A program made the translations under genes and the position numbers. From Deltaproteobacteria bacterium (GTDB lineage Bacteria > Myxococcota_A > Bradymonadia > REDH01), in NCBI GenBank assembly GCA_013205435.1, contig JABMMX010000211.1, positions 1-47,396 on the forward strand: a DNA stretch of 47,396 bases, given 5' to 3'. The notes below the pieces were generated by a model, which made no database searches, was not told the origin of the DNA, and saw only the letters and a program-made list of their open reading frames with translations. How positions within the stretch are numbered: the stretch's first letter is position 1; the number at the start of each line of letters is the position of its first letter. Shown here one piece after another: positions 35,194 through 44,272 of this stretch.

Positions 35194-36723
35194 TTAGGGG
35201 CGGCTGTGGAGCGTGATAGAGAGGACGCTGAAAGAGGAGTCGTCTGTCATCAGCTCACGCTTGCGCTGGCCGTAGGCATCGACGCGCCAGAGCATGTCGA
35301 TGGAGCGGGCGCTGGGCTTGGTACCGGCGAAGGCGACGGTGCGGCCCGTGGGCGAGACGGCCATGTTCTGGATCTGAACGAAGCAGTTCTCGGGCACGAT
35401 CTCCTGTCGGATCTCGTCGTAGCAGTCGGGGCCCGGGTGCGCTTGGCCCGGGTTCTCGATGAGGCGGGTGACGGGGCTTGCGCCGTCGAGGCTGATGGCA
35501 AGCAGGTCGGTGACGAGAATGTTGCTTGCGGCACCGATGCACTCCTGGCGTCCCGTGACGAGCAAGGAGCGGTCGTCTCGCCAGGCCATCTTCGACACGG
35601 CCGCCTCATACTCGCCGAGCGTGAGGGTGGAGCAGGAGGAGGGGCCGGAGGGGCCGAGTAGGATCTGGCGGGGAATGCAGATGCCGGTGCCATCTTCGGC
35701 GGGGGCGGTGAGGTCGCAGCTGTGTTCTGCACCGCAATCCACAGCATCGAAACAGGGGGCGTCGAGCTGCGCTGCGGCCTCACGGTTGATGATGTTGACG
35801 ACGAGCTGCTGCGCGACGCAACGCTTGGGTGAGGCAGAGAGCAGACAGGCAAAACCGTTGGCTGCGTCGCAGTCGGTATTGGACTCGCAAGGCGTGGTGG
35901 AGGTGAGCCCCTCGGTGACCACGGCGAGGAGGTTGCCGTTGGGCGAGAGCGCCATCTGCTCGCGGCCCGAGTAGTAGGAGCCCGTGCCGCGCTCCTGGCC
36001 AGAGACGAAGTGCTGAAGCAGCCGCTCGGTGCCGCCCGCGGTGGAGACCTCGAAGACGTCCATCGTCGTCAGGGTGACCCGGTTGAGGAAGACGAAGGCG
36101 CCGTTGGACGAGAGGGTGAAGCCGCCGGACTGGTCGCCAACGGTTCCGAGCGCGACGGTGGCCTGGCTCGCGATATCCCAGGCCTTCACATCCTGACCGA
36201 CGCGGAAGGCGACCTTGCCGCCGCCGACCTGATACTCGCTCACGCCGGTTGCGATGACGGTGCTCTGTGCGGTGAAGGCAAAGTCGGGACCGAGGGGCGC
36301 GTAGCGAAGCGTGTCGCGGACCGTGGGATCGGAGAAGACGATGCCGGAGAGGTCGGGGAGCGGGATGCAGCCGTTGGTGCAGGCGAACGAAGGCTCGATG
36401 GTACCGCCCGTGATCGGGGTAGGCTCACAGCCATCGGGCTCGCAGTCTTCGTCAACGACCGCGATGTCTGAGGCAGGCGTGCCGGGCGCGGGCGTCGTGA
36501 AGCGACGGCGGAAGGCAGTGAACAGACGCTCCGCGGAGCGGGGAATGGGCGTGGTGTCGACGGCCACATCAGCGCCGCTTCCAGAGTCGGTGCCGCCCGT
36601 ACCGGTGTCTGTGCCGCTGTCGGTCGTCGAGGTCTCCGTGCTGCTCCCGCTCGAGCAGGCAACCAACTGAGCACTGGCGACGAGCGCCAACAAACAACGA
36701 TGCGAAGTTCCCATCACACTCAT
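35194..36723 (-). CDS. Cys-rich lipoprotein with TolB/PD40-like beta-propeller repeats
   Basis: Trimmed to the ATG at 36723 (MSVMGTSHRCLLALVASAQLVAC) plus an acidic T/D/G/S linker. Repeats include LSPNGNLLAVV and VSPTGRTVAFAG. Cysteines occur in pairs. No catalytic motif recognised. Confidence 0.6.
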   Translation of the reverse strand: MSVMGTSHRCLLALVASAQLVACSSGSSTETSTTDSGTDTGTGGTDSGSGADVAVDTTPIPRSAERLFTAFRRRFTTPAPGTPASDIAVVDEDCEPDGCEPTPITGGTIEPSFACTNGCIPLPDLSGIVFSDPTVRDTLRYAPLGPDFAFTAQSTVIATGVSEYQVGGGKVAFRVGQDVKAWDIASQATVALGTVGDQSGGFTLSSNGAFVFLNRVTLTTMDVFEVSTAGGTERLLQHFVSGQERGTGSYYSGREQMALSPNGNLLAVVTEGLTSTTPCESNTDCDAANGFACLLSASPKRCVAQQLVVNIINREAAAQLDAPCFDAVDCGAEHSCDLTAPAEDGTGICIPRQILLGPSGPSSCSTLTLGEYEAAVSKMAWRDDRSLLVTGRQECIGAASNILVTDLLAISLDGASPVTRLIENPGQAHPGPDCYDEIRQEIVPENCFVQIQNMAVSPTGRTVAFAGTKPSARSIDMLWRVDAYGQRKRELMTDDSSFSVLSITLHSRP

Positions 36724-36733
36724 TTCGCAACTC

Positions 36734-37666
36734 CTACTTCTTCCGATTGGCTCGGCTTGGCTTGGCGGCGGCCCACCCACAGAGGGGTCGGAGGGCGCAC
36801 CCTTCACAGATCGATTCAGCGTACCGATGCAGACAGTCCCGCGCAATCCCGAGGTGGCAGAGCGGCATGTCGAGCGCGACGGGGTCGTGGGGAGCTACCG
36901 TTGCGAGCTGCGCGGTCACCTCGCGGGCCATCTGCAGGTCGACCGTCGCACGGCTGGTGAGACCCAGTGCGCGGGAGAGACGGCTGGTGTGCGTGTCGAG
37001 CGGGATGAGCAGGTCGGCGCAGTCTACCGCGCGCCAGAGGCCAAGGTCTGCGCCGTCATCGGGTCGAACGAGCCAGCGCATGAGCAGCAGCCACCGCTTG
37101 ATTGCTGAGCCTGATGCGGGGTGTGGCGTGAGGTAGGCAAAGCCTCGGGAGGGCGCCTCGGGCGACGCAGCACGGATGGCCTCTACGTAGCCGCCGAGGC
37201 GACCGACCAGGTCGCCCTCCCCGCCCGTCGCGACAAAGGCGGCCTCGAGCGAGCCGTGCGCGAGGTGAAAGCGGCCGAGAGAAAAGGCGAGGCGGTCGAG
37301 GTCATCGGCCGACGTCATGCGGTAGCGAAAATCGCCGAGCCGGTCGCGGAGATCGCCACGCCGCATCGTGCGGACGAAGTGTGTCGGCGCGCCGTCCATC
37401 GCATCAAAGAGGAGGCGGGCGGTCTTTCGGATCTGGGGCACCGCGCCGTAGCAGAAGGCGCCAACAAGATGGGCGGCGACCTCCCACTCAGCGTGCGGCA
37501 GGCAGCGTACCTCTGCGATGGGATCACGGGCGGCGAGAGCGGCTCGGTCGGTGGCAAGGAGCGCATCGCGGAGCTGCGCCAGCGCTGCCTGCCGCCGGAG
37601 TTCGGCGCTTCGGCTACGGGTAGCCAATGAGCTCCAGGCGGACGATGGGCCGATGCAGCACGACAT
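36734..37666 (-). CDS. TIGR02757/DUF2400-like protein (HhH-GPD-related fold)
   Basis: The C-terminal part has DLLIPLDTHTSRLSRALGL, PLCHLGIARDCL and CEGCALRPLC, as I recall for this family. The start is uncertain: ATG at 37666 or TTG at 37627. The ORF-track start at 37777 would overlap the upstream gene heavily. Confidence 0.55.
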   Translation of the reverse strand: MSCCIGPSSAWSSLATRSRSAELRRQAALAQLRDALLATDRAALAARDPIAEVRCLPHAEWEVAAHLVGAFCYGAVPQIRKTARLLFDAMDGAPTHFVRTMRRGDLRDRLGDFRYRMTSADDLDRLAFSLGRFHLAHGSLEAAFVATGGEGDLVGRLGGYVEAIRAASPEAPSRGFAYLTPHPASGSAIKRWLLLMRWLVRPDDGADLGLWRAVDCADLLIPLDTHTSRLSRALGLTSRATVDLQMAREVTAQLATVAPHDPVALDMPLCHLGIARDCLHRYAESICEGCALRPLCGWAAAKPSRANRKK

Positions 37667-37871
37667 GAAAGAACAGCAGCACCAGCAGCCCGATGACCGC
37701 CGCCCAGAAGGCGAAGAGCGTGACCCACTCGAGCGGCTTCCGCCCCTTCGCCGTAGCGGCCACGATGGCGAGCGCAAAGAGCAGCACGGTCGGTACCAGG
37801 TAGACGAGCACTGCCCTGTCGGTCGTCACGACCAGCGCCATCACGGCGGAGTAGGCGTCTGCGAGCGTCAT
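37614..37871 (-). CDS. Small two-TM membrane protein
   Basis: 85 aa with two hydrophobic helices and very high GC3. The ATG lies 4 nt after the CPBP gene stop. Confidence 0.5.
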   Translation of the reverse strand: MTLADAYSAVMALVVTTDRAVLVYLVPTVLLFALAIVAATAKGRKPLEWVTLFAFWAAVIGLLVLLFFHVVLHRPIVRLELIGYP

Positions 37872-37875
37872 GGTC

Positions 37876-38424
37876 TCAGCCCTCTTCGAGCGCGAGCAGG
37901 TTGAAGTAGTTCACCGTGAAGTGAGCGACCATCGCTGCGGTGAGGTCACCTGTTACCAGCGTACCCTTGGCGAAGGCTAGCCCGAGCAGGCCGGCAAAGA
38001 GGGTCCAGTGCCAGGTCACGCGGCCGGGAGCGACATGGGCTGCAGCAAAGAGGAGCGAAGACCACCAGGGCCCGAGCAGGCTCATCAGCAGGCCACGGAA
38101 GGCCAGTTCCTCTGCCACGGCGCTCGCGCCAGCGAGGACGGTCGCCTGGCGCATGGTGGGGATGCCGAGAATCTCTCGAAACTGCCCGTTCATGGTCTTG
38201 GCCCAGGCGAACCGAGCCGTGAGCTGACGGGAGAGCAGCACGACGGCGAGACCTGCTGCGGCACCGGCACCGGCAGACTGCCAGACGGGCCAGCGGTCTT
38301 CGGAGCGGAGCACAAAAAGAGGAATATCGAGCCAGCGCGCGATGCCGACGGAAACGAGTACCATGAAGCCGTAGAAGAGCACCGCTCCGGTGAGGACGGC
38401 GGCGTCGGCGGCCGGGCGCTTCAC
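37876..38424 (-). CDS. CPBP-family intramembrane glutamic endopeptidase (CAAX protease-like)
   Basis: Motifs AVAEELAFRGLL (EExxxR), FAAAHV (FxxxH) and MVAHFTVNYF (HxxxN). Multiple TM helices. The GTG start overlaps the upstream stop (GTGA). Confidence 0.8.
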   Translation of the reverse strand: MKRPAADAAVLTGAVLFYGFMVLVSVGIARWLDIPLFVLRSEDRWPVWQSAGAGAAAGLAVVLLSRQLTARFAWAKTMNGQFREILGIPTMRQATVLAGASAVAEELAFRGLLMSLLGPWWSSLLFAAAHVAPGRVTWHWTLFAGLLGLAFAKGTLVTGDLTAAMVAHFTVNYFNLLALEEG

Positions 38425-38870
38425 GCTTCCCGTTCAGCCGCGGCGAGGATTGCGTCTGCTTGGGACTCGAGCGCGGCGTTGGACCACTCGCCGCGAAACA
38501 GGACGGTCTCACCGTCGAGGTCGTACTCGCGGAAGTCGTGGTGCGGACCGGGGATGCGTTCACCGGCAAAGTAGTCTTCGAGCCAGCCGCCCAGGAAGTC
38601 GATGCTGCGAGCGCGGGCGACCGCGAGGCTCTCTGCCTTGCCATCTGCCATCTTGCTTGCCGCGACCAAGGCGACCACCTCGGACTGGTCGGCACGGGCG
38701 AGCACAAGCGTGACCTCTACATGCCCCTCAGCGATAACCGCCGATAACCCGAAGGCCTCCGTCGGACGAAGCGAGGCGCGGAAGGTCGAGGTGAGGGTCG
38801 CCAGGACCTCCTTCGTCTCGGCAGGCTCGAACACAGAGACGGAGGATCGGGGCTTGGGAGAAACAATCAC
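38421..38870 (-). CDS. Hypothetical cytoplasmic protein
   Basis: ORF 38421..38945 trimmed to the GTG at 38870, 2 nt after the upstream stop. Good GC3. No recognisable motifs. Confidence 0.5.
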   Translation of the reverse strand: MIVSPKPRSSVSVFEPAETKEVLATLTSTFRASLRPTEAFGLSAVIAEGHVEVTLVLARADQSEVVALVAASKMADGKAESLAVARARSIDFLGGWLEDYFAGERIPGPHHDFREYDLDGETVLFRGEWSNAALESQADAILAAAEREA

Positions 38871-38872
38871 GG

Positions 38873-40087
38873 TCAGTCCTCGGGCATGTCGGATGGGTAG
38901 ACGACGGTTTCTGAGTCGGGGCCAACCTTGATGGTCTGGACCCAAGTCATGTGACCCGGACGACGCAGTTCAAGCTTGTGAGGCCCAGGCGGCAGATCGA
39001 CAACGGTCTCTGCTGGCGCGCTGCCCACCTTGGCTCCATCCACAAAGAGATCTCCGCGCAATCCGTCCATCACAACGCGCAGATGACCAACGCGGACTGG
39101 GGCGCCGCGGGCCGCCTCGGTGGCGTTGAGCGACAGGCGGATTGGGGTCTCAGAGCCGTCGGCCACCGGTGCAATGACGAAGGGAATGCGACGGTCGCGA
39201 CCGCCCTGCTGGAGGAGGAAGGTACAGTTTCCCGCAGGCAGTTCGCCCTTGAACTGGCCCATGCCGAGCTTCCGACGGGCGCCGTCTGCCGCGAAGTACC
39301 AGACCGTAGCCGAGGCCGGCTCGCTGGTTACTGCAACAGTGACCATCAGCGGCTCGAGGTCGAAGGAGATGCGAGGGATCTCCTCGCCGGCTTGCGGGAC
39401 AGTGATCTGCACCACGCGACGCGCCGGCTTCTTGTTGGGGAGCTCGATCGCGATGAGGTGAGGCCCCACAAAGAGGCGGGTATCGAGCGGCGTGTTCCCA
39501 ATCGAGCCCAATTCGACATCGTCGATAAAGACAGCCGCCCCGGGCGGGTTCGAGGCAATCTGAACGGGAACATCGCGCACATTGGTACCAAGTGCGTAAC
39601 GCTGCGCAGAGCGTGGGGGGGGCGTGGAGCCATTGGCCTTCACGATGGCGTCCTCGACCCGCTCGCGGGCAAGCCGCACCGCATCGGCGGCGATCGCCAA
39701 TTCGAGCTCGGCGGCCAAGGGCGCAGCCTGCGCAGCGGCCTCTTCGGAGGTCGCAGCAAACTTCCGAAGGCTCTCGCGTGCCTCCACCCACTGCTGAAGC
39801 CCGGCCTGAGCCTGGGCGATGTAGAAGTGGAGGAGCGGCTTGGGCAGGATGGAATCGGCCCGCATGTATTGACGCACCGCCTCTTCGAACTGGCGCGCGC
39901 TGAAGGCCTGGCGGCCGGCAGCATAGGCTGCCCGGGCCAGCTCTTTCTGGTCGTCCGGTGCAGCAGGTGCCGCAGTCGCCGCGGCAGGCGCCTCGGCCTG
40001 TGCCGGAGGAGCTACAATGAGCATCAGCGCACCGCACAGCACCGCACCCGTGACAACAGACCAAAATCGCGAAACGGAGCCCATCAT
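38873..40087 (-). CDS. Secreted PEGA-domain protein with N-terminal TPR-like helical region
   Basis: Trimmed to the ATGATG at 40087 (MMGSVSRFWSVVTGAVLCGALMLIVAPPAQA signal). PEGA modules: AVFIDDVELGSIGNTPL...IAIELPNKKP and LFVDGAKVGSAP...PGPHKLELRRPGHMT. Confidence 0.7.
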   Translation of the reverse strand: MMGSVSRFWSVVTGAVLCGALMLIVAPPAQAEAPAAATAAPAAPDDQKELARAAYAAGRQAFSARQFEEAVRQYMRADSILPKPLLHFYIAQAQAGLQQWVEARESLRKFAATSEEAAAQAAPLAAELELAIAADAVRLARERVEDAIVKANGSTPPPRSAQRYALGTNVRDVPVQIASNPPGAAVFIDDVELGSIGNTPLDTRLFVGPHLIAIELPNKKPARRVVQITVPQAGEEIPRISFDLEPLMVTVAVTSEPASATVWYFAADGARRKLGMGQFKGELPAGNCTFLLQQGGRDRRIPFVIAPVADGSETPIRLSLNATEAARGAPVRVGHLRVVMDGLRGDLFVDGAKVGSAPAETVVDLPPGPHKLELRRPGHMTWVQTIKVGPDSETVVYPSDMPED

Positions 40088-40149
40088 ACTCTCCAGGAGA
40101 CAGCGGCCAGACAGCAGCAAGCCGAGGCTACCCGCGGCCCCGCTGCCAG

Positions 40150-41001
40150 TCAACGCGGGGCGCGCTCCTCCCGCTTGACCTCGTCCCACAGCGCATCCAT
40201 CTCGGCGAGGTCGGACTGCTCCGGCAGCAGGCCGCGATCGGCCAGTTTGGAGAGTACACCGCCAAACCTCCGCTCGAACTTGGCGTTGGTCCGGCGGAGC
40301 GCCGCCTCGGCATCGAGCCCGAGTTTACGCCCCAGATTCACGACGGCGAACATGAGGTCGCCGAGTTCATCTTCCATCGCATCCTGCGAGCCAGAGGCCA
40401 TCGCCTCTTCAACCTCCGCCGTCTCCTCTTTGATCTTAGCAATGACCTCGTTGGCAGAGGGCCAATCGAAGCCGACACTGCCCGCGCGGGTCGCAATCTG
40501 CTGCGCCCGCTGCACTGCCGGCGCTGAGCGGGGAACCCCCTCGAGCAGGCCCCGTCCCTCTACCCGCTTGAGCTCCTTCCAAGCCTTGAGGACAGACTCT
40601 GCATCTTCCGCGGTTTCGCCTGCAAAGACGTGCGGGTGACGCCTCACCATCTTGTCGGAGACCAACTCGATGACATGAGCGAGGTCGAAGGCGCCTCGAT
40701 CATGCGCGATCTGCGCGTGGAGAACGACCTGCAGCAACACATCCCCGAGCTCCTCGGCGATGGCCTCATCCTTTCCAGAGTCGATGGCATCGACGAGTTC
40801 GTAGCTCTCCTCGAGGAGGTAGGGCCGGAGCGAAGCGTGGGTCTGCTTGAGGTCCCACGGACAGCCTTGCGGCCCGCGCAGGGTGGCGATGATGTCGGCG
40901 AAGCGCTGGAGCGGCGCAGGCGGCCCCTGCACGAGGCTCAGCGGGGCAGCCCCATCAAGGGTACCAGCGGGCATCGGAGGATGGGTTTCGTTCGGGCACA
41001 T
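40150..41001 (-). CDS. mazG: Nucleoside triphosphate pyrophosphohydrolase MazG
   Basis: LRGPQGCPWDLKQTHASLRPYLLEESYELVDAI and EELGDVLLQVVLHAQIA, plus a second MazG repeat (EELGDLMFAVVNL). The ATG at 41001 has GGAG 5 nt upstream. Alternatives are 41040 and 40974. Confidence 0.85.
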   Translation of the reverse strand: MCPNETHPPMPAGTLDGAAPLSLVQGPPAPLQRFADIIATLRGPQGCPWDLKQTHASLRPYLLEESYELVDAIDSGKDEAIAEELGDVLLQVVLHAQIAHDRGAFDLAHVIELVSDKMVRRHPHVFAGETAEDAESVLKAWKELKRVEGRGLLEGVPRSAPAVQRAQQIATRAGSVGFDWPSANEVIAKIKEETAEVEEAMASGSQDAMEDELGDLMFAVVNLGRKLGLDAEAALRRTNAKFERRFGGVLSKLADRGLLPEQSDLAEMDALWDEVKREERAPR

Positions 41002-41061
41002 TTTGTCTCCGCAGCCGAAGGTGTTGTAGGGGGGCGGCACACCTTGTGAGGTCTGCTCGAA

Positions 41062-42651
41062 GTGTCAACGCATCACCATGCACCGGAGGGGCGAGCACGG
41101 GTCGGGCTTGTCTCGGCACTGATCTTCGCGGCGCTCTGCGGGGCGTCCGGCGAGGCACAGGCGTCGGATGCGGATCGGCCGCTGCCGATCACGCTTGAGG
41201 CCCTTCGCGAGGGCAGCGGTGCAATCGACGGCCGGGCCCTTGCGATGCGGGCGGTGGAGCATCTGAGAGCAGGCGACCCCGCACGAGCCGAGAAGGAGCT
41301 CGTGCTTGCCGGAGCGCGGGCCCCGGGCGCTGCGGAGACCTGGGCGGCGCGGGAGCTACTGCTCGCCAAACAGACGCCATGGGACCTTCCGGAACGGCTC
41401 GAGACCTATCGCGCGGTCTGGGGCTCGCTGGCCGCCGACCCTGCCGCGGCGCTCTCACTGCAGAGCTTCGGCTACCGGCTCGGCGGCGCCCTGCTCACGC
41501 TGCTTGGGGCAGCGCTCTCTTTGGGCCTCGCGGTCGCGGCAGCGGGGTGCTTCCACGTAGACCTTCGCCGCGCAGCTGCCCAACTGCTCCGTGCGGTGGT
41601 CCCGCGGCCGCTGCCGTGGCTGACGGTGGCCTGCGCAGCACTGGTGACGGGCAGTATCTCCGTCGGTATCGCCGGCGCGGCATCCATTGGGGTGCTCTAC
41701 CTCCAAGGATGGAGGAGGCTACTCATCCCGGCGACAGCGCTCTGCATCGCCTTCGCACCGCTACTCACCGAGCGAGCCGACCGCCTCGACGACCTCGTGT
41801 CGGCCGATGAACTTTATGCGCTCCGAACCATCTCTCAGCGCTGCAGTTCGTCGGCCTGCCGTGAGGCGCTCCGGCTGGCTTCCCCGACCGACCCAACGGG
41901 GGCGAGCGGCGTGGCACTCGCGCGGGCTCTGCGCTCAAGCAGCGACCCTGAAGATCAGGCGGAGGCCGCACGGCTGCTTGCCAATCCTGCGCGGTTGGCA
42001 TCGCTGCAGAGGTTTGCGTCGGGCGAAGCGCTCGGTTCAACGCCTGCGGGTCTTACAGCCTCGTGGCTCAGCGAGGCCGGCGCGCGGGCCTCCTTGGCGC
42101 CGCGGGCAGTTCCTTCAGCGCGTTTGGGGTTCGGGGGCTCTCTCTCGAAACTCGGTGGCTGGCTGCTTGCGGCACTTATTCTTCAAGCGGGCCTGTTGGC
42201 CATCTTCTTGCGACGCGACGGACTGCTCTCCTGCCGCTGCACAACCTGTGGGGCGGTCTGCAACGCAGCAGAGCAGCGAGCGGGCGGAGGCTGCAACCTC
42301 TGCGGTGACGACGGCGCCGAGCTACGGGATGCAGAGCAGCAGGCGGCGGCGCGATATCGCCCGAACGCGTTGAGTGCCCGCGCGACCTGGTCAAAGGCCC
42401 TAGGCAATCTCCTTCTTCCCGGCCTTGGTGCTTTTGCCTCTTCGCTCTCTGCCGCGTCACTCGCGCTGCTCCTGCCCTCATGCATCGCGGCGGCCCTGCT
42501 GTCGGCCCCCGATCCATGGTGGCCGACGGCAGCAGCGGCGGTCGGGCCGCTACGCGGTTGCGCCGCGCTTGTCCTAGGTCTGTTGTGGTGCGCGATGCTG
42601 CTTCGCTTGGTGCGGCTCCTTCGTAACCCGATTGCCGCGGAGGAGAGATGA
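41062..42651 (+). CDS. Multi-pass membrane protein with an internal zinc-ribbon motif
   Basis: Signal/TM segment at the N-terminus and several hydrophobic helices. Cys motif: CRCTTCGAVC-x11-CNLC. The GTG start is uncertain. The stop overlaps the next gene start (ATGA). Confidence 0.55.
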   Translation: MSTHHHAPEGRARVGLVSALIFAALCGASGEAQASDADRPLPITLEALREGSGAIDGRALAMRAVEHLRAGDPARAEKELVLAGARAPGAAETWAARELLLAKQTPWDLPERLETYRAVWGSLAADPAAALSLQSFGYRLGGALLTLLGAALSLGLAVAAAGCFHVDLRRAAAQLLRAVVPRPLPWLTVACAALVTGSISVGIAGAASIGVLYLQGWRRLLIPATALCIAFAPLLTERADRLDDLVSADELYALRTISQRCSSSACREALRLASPTDPTGASGVALARALRSSSDPEDQAEAARLLANPARLASLQRFASGEALGSTPAGLTASWLSEAGARASLAPRAVPSARLGFGGSLSKLGGWLLAALILQAGLLAIFLRRDGLLSCRCTTCGAVCNAAEQRAGGGCNLCGDDGAELRDAEQQAAARYRPNALSARATWSKALGNLLLPGLGAFASSLSAASLALLLPSCIAAALLSAPDPWWPTAAAAVGPLRGCAALVLGLLWCAMLLRLVRLLRNPIAAEER

Positions 42652-43019
42652 GCGAGCCGGAGTCTTCGCGCAGCACCGGTTCGCTGGTGCTTCTCTCAGC
42701 AGCCTGGGCGATGGGCGGGTTTGTCGTTGCGTCGACGCTGATCGAACCGCTTCTGGCCCTCCGCGAAAGCGCGACGGAAACGACCCTACGGCAGAAGCCC
42801 GTAGGTCGCGACCACGCATCGGAAGAGGCCCAGATGGTCATCATCCGTGAGGCTATCGCCGCCTTCTACGAGAACGGCGGGCGCTACCCCAAGAACCTCG
42901 ACGAGCTGGTGACAGGCCGCTGGCTGGGCGCGTCGCAGCTCCGCGCTCCGGGTCGGACCGGACAGCCTTACTTTGCAGCTACCAGAGACAGTTACACGCT
43001 GCTTCCATGGCGTCAGTGA
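42648..43019 (+). CDS. Small GspG/pseudopilin-like protein (atypical N-terminus)
   Basis: IIREAIAAFYENGGRYPKNLDELVTGRWL resembles the conserved GspG helix/loop. The N-terminal hydrophobic segment contains GF-VVAS-TLIE, a prepilin-like G-F-T-L-I-E motif interrupted by four residues. Confidence 0.4.
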   Translation: MSEPESSRSTGSLVLLSAAWAMGGFVVASTLIEPLLALRESATETTLRQKPVGRDHASEEAQMVIIREAIAAFYENGGRYPKNLDELVTGRWLGASQLRAPGRTGQPYFAATRDSYTLLPWRQ

Positions 43020-43093
43020 GCGGTTTCGTGGCTGCTTGCGCCGGTGCTTCAATCCTGTAGCGTCTGTCCTCCCCTTTGTGAGGCCGCGGACGC

Positions 43094-44272
43094 ATGAGCT
43101 CTCAGTCCTTCGAGTTCGACGACACCAATATTGCCCGCTCCGTCTTCGGCCACCGCGATGAGTTTCTTCGCCTCATCGAGCACGAACTGACGGTCGACAT
43201 CCTCTGGAAGGGGAACAAGTTGAGCATCAGCGGTGACCCCTCCGATGCGGTCATCGCGCGCAACGTGTTGGTTCAGCTCTACGGCATTGTTGCAGATGGC
43301 TATGCACTCGCGACAACCGATGTGACGCGCGCCATCAGCCTGCTCAAGGAGGCGCCCGACACCGACCTCCGGCGCATCTTCCTCGATGCCGTCATCACCG
43401 GCTCGTCTGGCCGGAACATCTCGCCCAAGACGGTCACGCAGAAACACTATGTAGATGCCATCCGTAACCATCCGCTCGTCTTCGGCATTGGGCCGGCGGG
43501 AACGGGCAAGACCTATCTGGCGATGGCGATGGCGGTGTCGGCGTTGCTCAAGCGGAAGGTGAAGCGGATTGTGCTTGTGCGACCTGCTGTCGAAGCCGGC
43601 GAGAAGCTGGGGTTCCTTCCCGGCGACCTTCAGGAGAAGGTCAACCCCTATCTCCGACCTCTGTATGATGCTCTGAACGAGATGCTCGACTTCGAGAAGG
43701 CGAGCCAGTGGATGCAGCGGGGCATCATCGAGGTGGCCCCGCTCGCCTTCATGCGTGGCCGGACGCTCAACGACTCGTTTATCATTCTCGACGAGGCGCA
43801 GAACGCCACGCGCGAGCAGATGAAGATGTTCCTCACCCGCATCGGCTACGGTTCGAGCGCGGTGGTGACGGGCGACGCGAGCCAGATCGACCTGATTGAG
43901 AAGCAGACCTCCGGGTTGACCCACGCGGCGCGCATCCTCGAAGGGCTCGAGGGCGTTTCGGTGGTGCGGTTCGAAGAGGTTGATGTCGTGCGTCATCCGC
44001 TCGTTCGACGGGTAGTCGCGGCCTACGACCGGCAGGAGGCGCTGGAGCGGGAGCAGGAGCTGCAAGAGGACCCCTACCAACGCGATCGCGGGTACCGGTT
44101 CAGGCCCGACCGCGGCCCGCGATTTGAGAACCGAGGCTGGAACGAGCCGCGTGACTGGCGGCCGGAAGCGGCGGCCCCTCCAGCGGCGCCGACCGTATCA
44201 CACGCAGCCACGCAGTCAGGCGAAGAGCCGACCCCGACAGACCCTGCGAAGACCGAGGGAGAGTCCGAATGA
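43094..44272 (+). CDS. phoH: PhoH-family ATPase (YbeZ-like) with an Arg/Glu/Pro-rich C-terminal tail
   Basis: Walker A GPAGTGKTYLAMAMA, RPAVEAGEKLGFLPGDLQEKVNPYLRPLYDAL, and Walker B FIILDEAQN. Confidence 0.9.
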   Translation: MSSQSFEFDDTNIARSVFGHRDEFLRLIEHELTVDILWKGNKLSISGDPSDAVIARNVLVQLYGIVADGYALATTDVTRAISLLKEAPDTDLRRIFLDAVITGSSGRNISPKTVTQKHYVDAIRNHPLVFGIGPAGTGKTYLAMAMAVSALLKRKVKRIVLVRPAVEAGEKLGFLPGDLQEKVNPYLRPLYDALNEMLDFEKASQWMQRGIIEVAPLAFMRGRTLNDSFIILDEAQNATREQMKMFLTRIGYGSSAVVTGDASQIDLIEKQTSGLTHAARILEGLEGVSVVRFEEVDVVRHPLVRRVVAAYDRQEALEREQELQEDPYQRDRGYRFRPDRGPRFENRGWNEPRDWRPEAAAPPAAPTVSHAATQSGEEPTPTDPAKTEGESE

